Assembly: GCA_000165345.1 (NCBI GenBank)
Contig: CM000429.1
Coordinates: 384,001-448,000 of the forward strand
Direction: 5' to 3'
DNA length: 64,000 nt
Shown here: positions 41,305 to 52,021 of the stretch, one piece after another
Layout: each line of letters begins with the position of its first letter
Numbering within the stretch: position 1 is the first letter of the stretch
Made by a program: the position numbers and the translations under genes
Notes under the pieces: model-generated
What the model saw: the letters and a program-made list of their open reading frames with translations, nothing else
What the model was told of the DNA's origin: nothing
Database searches by the model: none

Positions 41305-41883
41305 TTAAAGATTTATTTCAGTAGTACTGGATAGTAGTTCCTTAGGTTCAATATTATTGAGGCCTTCCTCTAATGGCATATAATATCCAATATTGCTTGT
41401 GGAATTATTGAATCTAGGATATCCAATATATGCGATATGTAAATTTCCGCCCATTGACATAATTTTTGATTCCCAATCAATGTTATTTATAAGTAATAGA
41501 AATATCTTCAAAGATAAAATCGAACAACAAAAATGATTTGTGATTCCAGATATAAAACTTATAAAATTTAAATCTGAAAGCGTAGCATTTTGAATTTCAG
41601 CATTAAAGAAATGGACCAAGCATCCAATAATACTTGTAATCGAATATATAATATAGAGTATTGGAACTTGCAGGTGAGTTGTAACAATGCCATTACCCAC
41701 AAAAAAAAAGATCTCCAAAAGTCCTAAAATTTGATTATTTAAATAGAATAAGCTGATTGCTCCAATCAAAACTTGTAATATTATGAAATAATTTATCAAT
41801 TTGCATAAGGGGAAAATTATGTTGTAAAGACCGATAAACTGTTCTTCATCTATAGTAAAGAATAAGCTACTCCATACAATCAT
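41305..41883 (-). CDS. Hypothetical small multi-pass membrane protein (192 aa)
   Basis: An ORF with 4 to 5 hydrophobic helices. No family recognised; it could be part of a spliced gene. Confidence 0.4.
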   Translation of the reverse strand: MIVWSSLFFTIDEEQFIGLYNIIFPLCKLINYFIILQVLIGAISLFYLNNQILGLLEIFFFVGNGIVTTHLQVPILYIIYSITSIIGCLVHFFNAEIQNATLSDLNFISFISGITNHFCCSILSLKIFLLLINNIDWESKIMSMGGNLHIAYIGYPRFNNSTSNIGYYMPLEEGLNNIEPKELLSSTTEINL

Positions 41884-43053
41884 TGTTAAAGTATAAATAG
41901 CTTGAAAGTATGCAAGTCATTCACTGCAGAATAATTTAAAACAAAATATTAATTATACCTTTAAATAAATGTTTAAATTGAAAACAAATATTTTGTGGGA
42001 GGGAAAGTTGCATGTACTTCAATTAGTTATGAAAATATTGTATTGCTTCATTATAAATTATTATAGAATCTGTTCATACCTATATTAATTATTATTTAAA
42101 AAATTCGAGTATATACTATTTTATTTTCTTATTAATAGCTTTATAGAATTTGTGCTGTAGTAGATATCTAAGCCATTAATTTTTGAACGCAACACTATTA
42201 TTAGCTAGAGAAGTTCTGAAGCCACTAGGATTGGTTCGCTTATCTACATTTCATTTACCCAAATTCTTAGTTTCTTTGATAGCTTTAATAGTGTTACTAG
42301 CTAAATTTTCAAAAACATCATATCATTCCAAACTAAAAATTTGTAGTTATAAAAATACTTTAAGCATTTTCGAGATCAAATATTCAAATAAAGAAATTTT
42401 TTCGCTAGGGAAAATCTTTTTAAGTTACTGAAAATTTAAATTCCAAAGGATAAAAGGTCATCATTTTATTAATTAATCAAAACATTTAATAAACAACTCA
42501 GCAAGACTAAATATTATTTAATACAAAATGATTTTGTATTATCTAGATACTTAATCAGAGATAATATTTGTATAATTGATCTTTATATGTATGGTGAGTA
42601 GATTTTAATAACTATTTCTCATTTGATATATATCTGGGTCTGAAATAAAATCAACTATCTTTTAACATCTTTTTATAAGAAACTCGATCCTAATCGTTTG
42701 CACGAAGTTTTGGAATACGATAGAATTAACTAAATGCACATTGAGAATGTAAATTTTAATGTGCTCGATACTACTAATAATTGGTTTTAAAAAGTATATT
42801 CGTATTGCAACTTTACTTCATGTGTTAATTTAAAAGATATTTTATTAACCTTTCCCAAGGTTGGATCAATTATCGGGCGGTTACAAATATGAGACTGTAG
42901 AATTGGCTAAACAAACAAAGGATCGGGATAGAAAATAAGGATCCATACGTACATACCAGTATTTTATAAATACTGCAAATATATTTAATGCGTTTTTTCA
43001 TTTAAAAGTTTTTGTCAATCTAGCTAAATTTCTATTTATTAGCCAAAGGAATA

Positions 43054-43671
43054 ATGACGAATAATTGGAGAATGTTAAATTCTAATAAAAATCCGGAATC
43101 ACTGAGTGTATTTAGTGGTCTAAGTATTGATTTTGAAGCATATTGCAAGGAAATAGACAGCAAGCTTGTCAATATTTCGTGGATAAAGCCAGCTTCTGAA
43201 TCTTTAGGGTGTAGACCCTGTTATTTAATGTTTGGGGCGGTATTCATATTAGTTCTAATTGTAAGTATGGGTTATGCAGGAGCATTGATTTGTAACCTAG
43301 TTGGCTTTATCTATCCTGCATATATGAGCTTCAAAGCTCTAGAAACTCCAGGGAAATTGGATGACAAACAATGGTTAACTTACTGGGTGGTTTATGCAAT
43401 ATTTAATATTTTAGAAGTTTTTATTGATATTATACTTTTCTGGATGCCATTCTACTACTTATTTAAGCTCTGTTTTCTATTTTGGCTATTTTTGCCCCAA
43501 ACTACAGGAGCCGTAACTTTGTATAATAATATTTTTCGCCCACTGTTAATTAGGTTTGAAAAAAAAATAGATAATACAATTGAAAATGTTTTGGATGTAT
43601 CAAACTCCGCAAGACTAGTTGCTCAACGATATTCAAAAAAACTACTCGAAGGTTCTGAAAAAATAGAATAA
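43054..43671 (+). CDS. HVA22/TB2/DP1 (Yop1/REEP) family ER-shaping protein
   Basis: LVGFIYPAYMSFKALETPGKLDDKQWLTYWVVYAIFNILEVFIDIILFWMPFYYLFKLCFLFWLFLPQTTGA matches the TB2/DP1-HVA22 reticulon-like hairpin signature. Confidence 0.85.
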   Translation: MTNNWRMLNSNKNPESLSVFSGLSIDFEAYCKEIDSKLVNISWIKPASESLGCRPCYLMFGAVFILVLIVSMGYAGALICNLVGFIYPAYMSFKALETPGKLDDKQWLTYWVVYAIFNILEVFIDIILFWMPFYYLFKLCFLFWLFLPQTTGAVTLYNNIFRPLLIRFEKKIDNTIENVLDVSNSARLVAQRYSKKLLEGSEKIE

Positions 43672-43805
43672 TAGTTTACCAAAAAAGGTAGAACTTATTT
43701 TATGTGCTTGCAGGAAAACTTGTGTTAATTAAGTTTATTGAATAAGCGTTTACTTTCTAAATATTTTTCCTAGCCATTGACATCAGCTGTGCTTAGTAAT
43801 CATTG

Positions 43806-43813
43806 TTGGCGCC
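43806..43813. promoter_or_regulatory. E2F-like TTGGCGCC site about 195 bp upstream of the CAF-1 large-subunit ATG
   Basis: A GC-rich octamer resembling the E2F consensus TTTSGCGC in an AT-rich intergenic region, upstream of a replication-coupled chromatin assembly gene. Confidence 0.3.
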
Positions 43814-44007
43814 AGTTACTGTGGGGGCAAATTAATACAATGTAATGCGAATATAAGTTAGAGCTGAAATTAACATAAGGAGATATTAATTAATTTAAAT
43901 AGAAAAACTAGATGATTATGGGATCATCATCTTGAGCAATTCTTACTGTTGATTATTATTAATATCGTTCCAGCCTTGCTGGGTTTATATTCAGAGAATA
44001 CTGAAAT

Positions 44008-46806
44008 ATGATTGAAGAAAGCTATTCAAACTTTAGTAAAAGAGGTGATATAGAGAATCCTATTGAAATATTAGATAATGGAACCTTCCAAGATAGGGAA
44101 AACTTGAGTGTAACATCAAATAAACATACTGGGGAAGATTCACACAAAGTCATTCCATTTGAATATGGCAACGGATATGGATATTTATATACAAGACTGA
44201 AGTGGATTTTGGACAACAATGAAACAAATGGTCAATTTAAGAATGAAATGTACTCTTTACTTGAAACTATTGGCGAATTAAGAGTTTTGGGAGTGTATAA
44301 TGAGCCATACAAAAAGTATCGGAAGGCATTTGACATTTTTTCAATGAAATTTGATTCTTACAGTGAATACAATGAGAACATTATTGGCGATTTACGTTAT
44401 CAGTGTTATCAAAGCTCTTCATCTGGTAGGAAAGAGTTAAAAATTATTGATAGAGGCATTAAGGAATGGAGTAAGCGTGATCGAGAAAATAAATTATTGC
44501 ATTCATACAGGGACGCAATGTCTGAATGGCTAAATAAAAGCGAGTTAGGGATAAATAAAATGGAACCCAAAGCTATTAATAGCGAAAATATTTTTAAAGA
44601 AATTATAAATTATTCAAAAGATGTAAACAACCCTCTGCAACAATCACAAATACTATCATTTCTATCAATATCATATATTTCAGAAAAGCTGTTTCCATTT
44701 ATGTCGGGGCAATTAGCTAATAACACTTCAAGTGGAACGTTTTCATGCGGAGTTCTTAGCGATACAATAAGATCTGAAACACAAAATCCAAATGGCTCTA
44801 TTTCTTCTATTGAATTAGTTAACGAAAATGCTGTAGAAGATGCAGCTATTTCAATCGAGGAAAAACAAAACCCTTTGAGAACTGATTTCGCTTTGGAGGT
44901 AATCCAAAAAAGTAGCGAAAATTCTCTTAATAGTTTAAGAATACATAAAAATGAATCAGTTATGAACTGGATAAAAAGCAACTCTATCAGAAGGCAAGAT
45001 GCTAACGGTCAAAAGCCTGAACTAATTTACGATAAAATCCGAAAAGAAAGAAAAAAACAACTATCATTAGACAGAGAGAAGATTTTGTCTCAGGGGCTCA
45101 CTAGAGGTTCATATGATATTAATAAAGATATTTCAAATTCTTCTTTAAATAAGGACTTTATTTTAAAAGAATATTTTACTGATTATTTCTCGATTTACAA
45201 ATTATTCATTTCTACGAGGGAGAATTTATACAGCCAACGTGAATATTATAAATCAATTCCAATTGTTGGATCTATTCGATATAAGAAACAAAAGATTGAC
45301 CTCGAAGAAGTAAGAACAAGACAATTTCAAAGCATTTACAATGATGGAATTCACTCCGAACTCGTGAGCAAAATACGAAGAGTCTTAATCTATAGGAGTG
45401 AATGGAAACGCCCTCCAATGTACTTATTGATCACTCATAAAGGAAGGCATTGCAAAGGAAATTATCCTTTGGCAAAAGAGGACAACATTAACTATGATAT
45501 TGATACAGATGAGGAATGGGAGGAGCAATTTGGTGGTGAGGACGTAGAAAATGTTGATGATATACCTGATGTTTACGAAGAAGATGATGACAACGATGCA
45601 GTAGCTTCGGGATGGTTAGTTCCAGATGGGTGTTTTCAATCTGATGAACTATTAGATGAGTTCACAATTGGAAATTCAATTAACGATCATCGCGCAAATA
45701 TGGTAAATCTACTTCCTCTTTCATCCCAATATCCATCTCCTGTCGTAGTTTCATTCCTGAATCATACAAGCGTTGATTTTGGAGTTGGTATTTCGACTCC
45801 AAACGAAGAGTATGTAAATTCTATATTAAAAGGTTATTTAATACATTTTACACAAGATATTAGTTGGATATATAGTAAAATGGATACATCTAGATTTTAC
45901 TTGAGTATTACACCAGATGAATCAAATTTCCAACCCTCAAATATATCAGAAATTTCTAATGCAAAAAAAAACGTCCTCGACTTGCAATTCAAACAAGATT
46001 TATCTTACTTTATTCATGGAAAATGGGCGTCAATAAAAAAATTAGTCGACGACTTTTTTGAAATAAATAGCTATAAAGATATTAAAAAGGCGTCAGTTGT
46101 TCACTTCATTAAAGAGAATGTAAGAAAAGCAAAGCTTACAGGAGATGTCAAGTTTAGATGGTATGTTAACGAGAATTGTGCGAATCTTGGATTAGATCCA
46201 GAAAAGTTGTCAGAATTATTGGCGCAGAGAAGGGCAGAAGAAAAAAATCTTTCTAATAAAGTCGAACTCACAAAAATTACACAAAATCGAGCTTACCTAC
46301 AGTCAGATGCGGGCTCCCCAAGTCTTAAATATCAGATACAAAATTCTGGAAATTGCCCCAACTCCAATGGAAAAGGAAAGCAGACAGAATCATGTCAATA
46401 CTTAAATGGCATTGATCCCGAATATTATATTAATCAAAAAATTGTCTCAGAGAACGATGAGAATAACAACATTAATTCGCAATGTAGCTTGAAAAGTACA
46501 GATTATGTATTGAATTATATCTCATCCTCTCAAGGAAGTGAACGATCTAGTATCAACAGTCAAGTGATTGATAAGGAAACGCACACAGGAACAGTGTACA
46601 ATAAAAAGAGGAAATTTTCGACTCCAATAAGAAATGTGCCTGATGATCATTCTAACTACCCATCATTTAACCAAAAAAGAGACGCAGATGAAACGGATGG
46701 GGTTGGGAGCATTCGAACAAATACTCCGGAAAGTAAGAAAGGCCATGCATATTTATATAACAATTCACTTATTACACACTTCTTCCCGCCCAAAGCAAAA
46801 GGCTAA
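44008..46806 (+). CDS. Chromatin assembly factor 1 large subunit (CAF-1 p150/Cac1) homologue (932 aa)
   Basis: The acidic ED-region signature NYDIDTDEEWEEQFGGEDVENVDD...DDDNDAVASGWLVPDGCFQSDE aligns with human CHAF1A DYEVDSDEEWEEEEPGE...DEDDGFFVPHGYLSEDEG. A K/E/R-rich helical segment (KIRKERKKQLSLDREKIL) lies upstream. Confidence 0.7.
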   Translation: MIEESYSNFSKRGDIENPIEILDNGTFQDRENLSVTSNKHTGEDSHKVIPFEYGNGYGYLYTRLKWILDNNETNGQFKNEMYSLLETIGELRVLGVYNEPYKKYRKAFDIFSMKFDSYSEYNENIIGDLRYQCYQSSSSGRKELKIIDRGIKEWSKRDRENKLLHSYRDAMSEWLNKSELGINKMEPKAINSENIFKEIINYSKDVNNPLQQSQILSFLSISYISEKLFPFMSGQLANNTSSGTFSCGVLSDTIRSETQNPNGSISSIELVNENAVEDAAISIEEKQNPLRTDFALEVIQKSSENSLNSLRIHKNESVMNWIKSNSIRRQDANGQKPELIYDKIRKERKKQLSLDREKILSQGLTRGSYDINKDISNSSLNKDFILKEYFTDYFSIYKLFISTRENLYSQREYYKSIPIVGSIRYKKQKIDLEEVRTRQFQSIYNDGIHSELVSKIRRVLIYRSEWKRPPMYLLITHKGRHCKGNYPLAKEDNINYDIDTDEEWEEQFGGEDVENVDDIPDVYEEDDDNDAVASGWLVPDGCFQSDELLDEFTIGNSINDHRANMVNLLPLSSQYPSPVVVSFLNHTSVDFGVGISTPNEEYVNSILKGYLIHFTQDISWIYSKMDTSRFYLSITPDESNFQPSNISEISNAKKNVLDLQFKQDLSYFIHGKWASIKKLVDDFFEINSYKDIKKASVVHFIKENVRKAKLTGDVKFRWYVNENCANLGLDPEKLSELLAQRRAEEKNLSNKVELTKITQNRAYLQSDAGSPSLKYQIQNSGNCPNSNGKGKQTESCQYLNGIDPEYYINQKIVSENDENNNINSQCSLKSTDYVLNYISSSQGSERSSINSQVIDKETHTGTVYNKKRKFSTPIRNVPDDHSNYPSFNQKRDADETDGVGSIRTNTPESKKGHAYLYNNSLITHFFPPKAKG

Positions 46807-46821
46807 AGATAGTACTTTATA

Positions 46822-47271
46822 TTAGTAGCGTTTGATAAAGTCCTTTTTTCTATATATTTTAATAGGAAATTTTATGCCCTGATTATTTTTTCCCAATCCC
46901 TCTCCTTGTTTCCAGCCCATTTTTTCAAGTAGTTTTTGGCCTATTTCAAATTTGATTTCAGTTTTCTCAACTGAAATTTTATTCTCTGCCGGGGGAGACT
47001 CGCTTTTATTTTGGTGTATAGTATAAGTATTTGGTGATTTAGGATCGTATTCCAGATCTAAAAGGTTTCCACTTTTATTCCCACATCGAATATCTTGCCC
47101 CTCCATTTCGCAAACTATATTATGGTTTATTGATGAGTCAATGAATATATTCCATGTGTTAGACTTTTTAATTGCGGAAATTTCATCGATACCAGAACTT
47201 GACGATGTTTCAGTATCAGGATTGCTTCTTTTTGAAACTGGGGGTGGGAGCCCGAAATATAGGTCATCCAT
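46822..47271 (-). CDS. Small G-patch domain protein (149 aa)
   Basis: C-terminal G-patch consensus IGQKLLEKMGWKQGEGLGKNNQGIKFPI. It is convergent with the CAF-1 gene, with only 15 bp between stops. Confidence 0.7.
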   Translation of the reverse strand: MDDLYFGLPPPVSKRSNPDTETSSSSGIDEISAIKKSNTWNIFIDSSINHNIVCEMEGQDIRCGNKSGNLLDLEYDPKSPNTYTIHQNKSESPPAENKISVEKTEIKFEIGQKLLEKMGWKQGEGLGKNNQGIKFPIKIYRKKDFIKRY

Positions 47272-47434
47272 AATTGTATTAATTCATTTTTTTTATATAA
47301 TTAAATGAATGAAACCTGAATTATTCATTAAAATCGACTCTGCGCCTAGATTGAGGTACAAAAGGACATTTTCTGCGAAAATACTCATTTTTTTTTATTA
47401 AATTAATAGAAAAAAAATTAGATTTCTTTTAATA

Positions 47435-48583
47435 TTGTATTTCATTAAATTTATGGAATTGGATTCAATTAAAGCTAATGATCAGCACTGCTACTCAAAT
47501 GAAAAAAATAAAACAGGGATACCAATATTAACGGGTAGGAACAATGTTGACAAAGTTGTCGAATATTTTTGGGAGCACTTGAAGAGAAACTTATCATTTG
47601 AAGCAAATTCAAGGGTTTATAAACCTTTAATATCGGCATTATTTTCACTGTCGAGAGTTGCTTCAGAAAGCCTTGCAACAAACTCGCCAGAACTAATTAC
47701 AGAAATAACTGCAGCTAAAGAGATTTTAATGTTGAGTTTAAGTGACGAAAAGGCTCTTTATAAGCTTGTTTCTGAGTTTGGTACAACGAATATTTCAATC
47801 GCCCCAATTTGTAAAATTTTTGAATCCAAAATACTAAGTTTAGTGCTTGAGGGTTGCGACTCATCCGAATCACAAGTTACATTCTTAAAAAATATAATAA
47901 TTGAAAAAACAGATAGTTTTGTGAAAAACTTTATTTTTGGAATACAAAAAATGGTTGACTTATCTTTATCAATCTTTGTAAAGGATAGAATGACAATATT
48001 AACATTTGGATATAGTGAAAATGTTGAAATGGTACTTGAAAATGCATGGGAAAATTTTAATAAACACTATAATTTGTTTGTTGTTATGCCAAGCGAAGCA
48101 AAACAAACCAATATTGAATCTGAAGTCCGTAAAGGATTATATTCTTACCAACAAAGGAAGGTCAGCGAATGGGAAAATGGACTGACTAAAAGGGGGATTA
48201 ATATTTCTATATTATCTATGGACACAATTTATAATGCAATGAATATTGTGGACTTTGTATTACTGAATATTGAATGCATACTTGAAAATGGATCAGCAAT
48301 AGGAATTTGTGGGACTGCGGCAATATCTTGTATCGCAAAAAAAGTTTTCAACAAGCCAGTTTATATTGTCACGCATTCAACAAAGTTCACAAATTTATTG
48401 CCTTTTAATATGAATATAAATAATATTCTGTCTGACATTACTTACCAGAATCATCAGCTAAATAGCAGTCCAGTTACTTCAATTGTAGATATTTCAGAGA
48501 GCTCTTATATTTCAATGATATTTACGGACATTGGTGCAATGACACCCCAAAATGTCTCATTAGAAACTAAACAATATACCTAA
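47435..48583 (+). CDS. Translation initiation factor eIF2B-family subunit (alpha/beta/delta fold; beta-like by size)
   Basis: ILTFGYSENVEMVLENAW...FVVMPSEAKQ...GINISILSMDTIYNAMNIVDFVLLNIECILENGSAIGICGTAAISCIAKKVFNKPVYIVTHSTKF matches the IF-2B family motifs (ThgyS...; GAD.v..nG...nkiGT...A..Ak....P.yv). Confidence 0.78.
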   Translation: MYFIKFMELDSIKANDQHCYSNEKNKTGIPILTGRNNVDKVVEYFWEHLKRNLSFEANSRVYKPLISALFSLSRVASESLATNSPELITEITAAKEILMLSLSDEKALYKLVSEFGTTNISIAPICKIFESKILSLVLEGCDSSESQVTFLKNIIIEKTDSFVKNFIFGIQKMVDLSLSIFVKDRMTILTFGYSENVEMVLENAWENFNKHYNLFVVMPSEAKQTNIESEVRKGLYSYQQRKVSEWENGLTKRGINISILSMDTIYNAMNIVDFVLLNIECILENGSAIGICGTAAISCIAKKVFNKPVYIVTHSTKFTNLLPFNMNINNILSDITYQNHQLNSSPVTSIVDISESSYISMIFTDIGAMTPQNVSLETKQYT

Positions 48584-48786
48584 CAAAAGTTTTCTAATTT
48601 TTTTTAATATTTTTTAAAAGAATTCATAAAAGCTGTTGGGAAATACTAAGTCAATGTAACTGTCTCTAGCCGACTTAGTCTGAATCTAAGGAAAACCAAA
48701 ATAAAACAGGTTTGCAAGATTAATATGTAATTAAATATAGGAACACTTATTTATTGTTAAGAAATTAATCTATGTTATTAGTGTGA

Positions 48787-48806
48787 TTTTTTTTTTTTTT
48801 TTTTTT
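48787..48806. repeat. T20 homopolymer in the intergenic region upstream of the type I membrane protein gene
   Basis: Direct read. Confidence 0.9.
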
Positions 48807-48993
48807 GCAACTTTCAAAAATGTGTACAATATATCTACCAAACACACATTAAGTCCGATTACTTTTCATTTATATGAACTTTTTAAAAAATTGTATAATG
48901 CTAGATTATTGATAAATAAGTCAGCAAGAATATATATTTGGTTAAATAAAATCATTTAAAATTCTAAATTTCTCACTAATCAGCTGAATAATA

Positions 48994-50454
48994 ATGGATT
49001 TGCTTTACCTTCTATTTTTATCGTTCCTTATTTATGTGAACGGAATAAGAAACTTTCCTACTTTGGACGTCAAAGAATTCAGATCAAATGGTCTATCACA
49101 CTTTGGGAGAGTTGATGTTGGGAAAATAGATATTATTGAGGCTAACAGTCTTTATGAATCCGAAGAGGTACTTAATAAGCTTGTTTTAGCAACAAAAAGA
49201 CAACAGGAGCTAAAAGAAAAGGAAATAAACATTAAAGCTGCAATTGGTTCTAATTTGCATAAATTGAATGCAATAAGCGAGCTATTACAAATGTTAATTG
49301 AAAAAACATCGATTGAGATTAATGGAGTTGTCACTGAACTTAAAAGTACTGTTAAAGAGTCGGAGAAAACAAAAAATATGTTTTTAGTGCAGCAGAATTA
49401 CAAGGTTGTACCAACTAAAAAGCTTCCGTTGGCAGAGTATTCAGAATCAGAACTTGATACTTTTTCTAAATTTTCTGCCGGTGGAGAGTATCATGGTCTA
49501 GATTGTCCATTAAGTTGTTCTCCAAGCAGCTGCGATAATCAGCCAAAAGAACCAACTCATTGTTTCAAAGCAGAGACCCTAAAAGACGGTACTTTTGCTT
49601 CTAACTGTGTACCATTTACGAATCCAAAAACACTGACGTGCCCAAAAGGTTTTATTCGTTGTGCTTTATCACAACCAAGCAGGGGAAATTTATATGAAAT
49701 ACTAAAATCTACGGAGACGAGTACAGAAAATTCTATTAAAACTGTAAACAACAAAAAAAGATCTATTGCAATTTCAGGTAGAAACATGCATCAATGTCTA
49801 AGACTGCTAGTTGTTTCCAAGAAAACGAGCTGTAATATAGAAAATATCTTTGCTGCAGTTGACGAGTCAAGACAACTAATTATCCCTAATGGAAATAGTG
49901 TATTTCCAACTATTAAAGGCGATGTTGCTTTATTTGAAGATGTTCAAGTTAAGAAGGCAGGAAAATTCCAGCTTTGCCTATTACAATTTTACCAAGATCC
50001 TAATATAAGTGGGGGGGAAGGAGCTAGAATTATGGGTTCAGATTCTATTGGCGAGTTGAACGTGTTAAATGAAGATGAAGAAATCAGAGAAGATTTAAAA
50101 TCCAGCAGCCAGAAAGAAAATACTGAAGTATATGAAAAAGATGAAACTATTGTGGGCGCAGGAATTAAAGATGAAAAAGGCCCTAGCAATCAAGAGGAAG
50201 AGAATGAAAAAAAAGTTGTGTTGGAAAATGATGATGGAAATCAGTTGGATGATGATAAAAAAAAAAGTCATTGGGGAGTATTTTGGTATATCTTACCGAT
50301 TATATTAATTCTATTTTCATCTGGAGCAGGGTTTGCATATTACTATTATTTAAATAATAAAGAATTTGTTCATTCAAAAATAATAAATTTGCCATATCTT
50401 AGTGCATTATTTAATGTTCCAAATTCCATTACCCATGAAAACAAGGAAAAATAG
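48994..50454 (+). CDS. Hypothetical Cys-rich type I membrane protein (signal peptide, acidic stalk, single C-terminal TM)
   Basis: N-terminal MDLLYLLFLSFLIYVNG signal. A Cys-rich block (GLDCPLSCSPSSCDN...HCFKAE...NCVPF...TCPKGFIRC). An E/D-rich region. C-terminal TM HWGVFWYILPIILILFSSGAGFAYYYYL. Confidence 0.65.
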   Translation: MDLLYLLFLSFLIYVNGIRNFPTLDVKEFRSNGLSHFGRVDVGKIDIIEANSLYESEEVLNKLVLATKRQQELKEKEINIKAAIGSNLHKLNAISELLQMLIEKTSIEINGVVTELKSTVKESEKTKNMFLVQQNYKVVPTKKLPLAEYSESELDTFSKFSAGGEYHGLDCPLSCSPSSCDNQPKEPTHCFKAETLKDGTFASNCVPFTNPKTLTCPKGFIRCALSQPSRGNLYEILKSTETSTENSIKTVNNKKRSIAISGRNMHQCLRLLVVSKKTSCNIENIFAAVDESRQLIIPNGNSVFPTIKGDVALFEDVQVKKAGKFQLCLLQFYQDPNISGGEGARIMGSDSIGELNVLNEDEEIREDLKSSSQKENTEVYEKDETIVGAGIKDEKGPSNQEEENEKKVVLENDDGNQLDDDKKKSHWGVFWYILPIILILFSSGAGFAYYYYLNNKEFVHSKIINLPYLSALFNVPNSITHENKEK

Positions 50455-50707
50455 TCAGATTAAATTTTTTCGAATGGCTAAATAAAAAATAAACTTGTTT
50501 AAATTATATATTGGGAAATCTTTGAATTCAATTTCTAGGATAAATCTATTAAATATTCAAGAATGACCTAATTATTGATGATTCTCTCAAGTTTTTAATG
50601 TTTAATATATATTTAAGAAATCTATGAATATTTGAAATATCATTGTATACTATTTTTGGTAAAGGAATTTCTGGGAATAACTTGGAAATCTAAAAAGATA
50701 TTATTAA

Positions 50708-51325
50708 TTACTTTATTATAATATAAATTACCTGTATTCTTAGTTTGAATAGACTATCTGTAGAGCAAATTAACATGTCATCTTTATCTTCATTAAACCC
50801 TGTAATTTTAATCAGAATGTTATTTTTATTTGGCATTGAAATATCTATATCAATTTTATCTACTTCATTTGCGTCTTGCGTAATTAATTCAAAACATTTT
50901 GAACCAATACTATCAAATTTGTTCTCTATTTCAAGTTGATTCATAAGAAAAATTTGGTTTGATTCTAAACTTGAAGATTTATTTTCTATCGATTCAAATA
51001 AATGGATATCAACAAGGTGTTGCATAACTGCCTCATTTTCGATAATAGATCCACAGAACCTGCATATTATTGCGATTCCAGTTCTACAAATTTGTCTGTA
51101 TTGTTCAAACTCAAAAAGTAAAGATTCCTGTTTCCTATTAATGGCTACTAGCTTTTCAATTTGGTTCTGAAGAATCTCTTTATTTCTATTACTTTCATTT
51201 TGAATCTTTATATATTTCAGTTTGAGCTCTTTTAATTCTTGTTCAAGTATAACAGAGCGTTGGTAATAAAAGTGTGGGGTTTTCCCGTTTTCATCTATGC
51301 AACTGTTTAAATTTTTCATCAGCAC
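50708..51325 (-). CDS. Hypothetical coiled-coil protein with a single C2H2-like zinc knuckle (CRFCGSIIENEAVMQHLVDIH)
   Basis: ORF of 205 aa with C-x2-C-x11-H-x4-H spacing. No family assigned. Confidence 0.5.
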   Translation of the reverse strand: MLMKNLNSCIDENGKTPHFYYQRSVILEQELKELKLKYIKIQNESNRNKEILQNQIEKLVAINRKQESLLFEFEQYRQICRTGIAIICRFCGSIIENEAVMQHLVDIHLFESIENKSSSLESNQIFLMNQLEIENKFDSIGSKCFELITQDANEVDKIDIDISMPNKNNILIKITGFNEDKDDMLICSTDSLFKLRIQVIYIIIK

Positions 51326-51506
51326 AGAAACATATATTATTTTATATTTATTATCTTTGATAGTAATGCATAAGTTGCAATTGTGGGGATTTAAATTGTT
51401 TGCAGGGGGTATGTTGCCGGTTGAAATAACAAAGAAAAAATGAAATTGTGAAAAACTTTTTAAAATTAAAAGTTAAAATAATAAATAAATATAAAAATAT
51501 ATTATA

Positions 51507-51968
51507 ATGTGCGAAACAACGTTCATTGGGAGAGCTAGCGATGGCCTAATTCTTACTGAGACTTGGGATGATTTAAGCTCCAACAGATCTCTGCAGAGTT
51601 ATAAGCACCAAGCTAAACAAATATTAAAAAGCATCGGGAATGATCAAGGAGTAGAAAAATGTTCTATTGATAGTGGAAATTATGTCTTCCACTACATTGT
51701 AAATGATGGTATTATTTATATGACTTTATCGGGAAAGTCATACCCGAAGAAGTTGGCTTTTTCTTTTCTAGATGAAATAAAAAGGTTATTTATTGAAGAA
51801 CTAGGGAGAGAATTTGCAAATAGAGATGAATTCAAGAGCCTGATTGATGCAATAGATAAGCCGTATTATTTCATAAAGTTTGACCGAATAATTCAACGAT
51901 GCAAATCCGAATATAAGGACCCAAACTCGAACAAGTCGCTACAAAAACTAAATGACTCGCTAATTGAG
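51507..51968 (+). CDS. SEC22: R-SNARE SEC22, exon 1 (longin domain)
   Basis: MCETTFIGRASDGLILTETWDD...YKHQAKQILKSIG...NYVFHYIVNDGIIYMTLSGKSYPKKLAFSFLDEI is collinear with the Sec22 longin domain. The exon ends GAG|GTATGT at 51969. Confidence 0.85.
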
Positions 51969-52021
51969 GTATGTTTACTACTTGTTTTTAACCATAATGC
52001 TCAAAAAAATTAACAATTCAG

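Noticed and set aside
42183-42431. 82-aa plus-strand ORF in the 41.9 to 43.0 kb intergenic region
   Set aside because: No recognisable motif and no surrounding splice or promoter signals. It is more likely upstream sequence of the HVA22-like gene.
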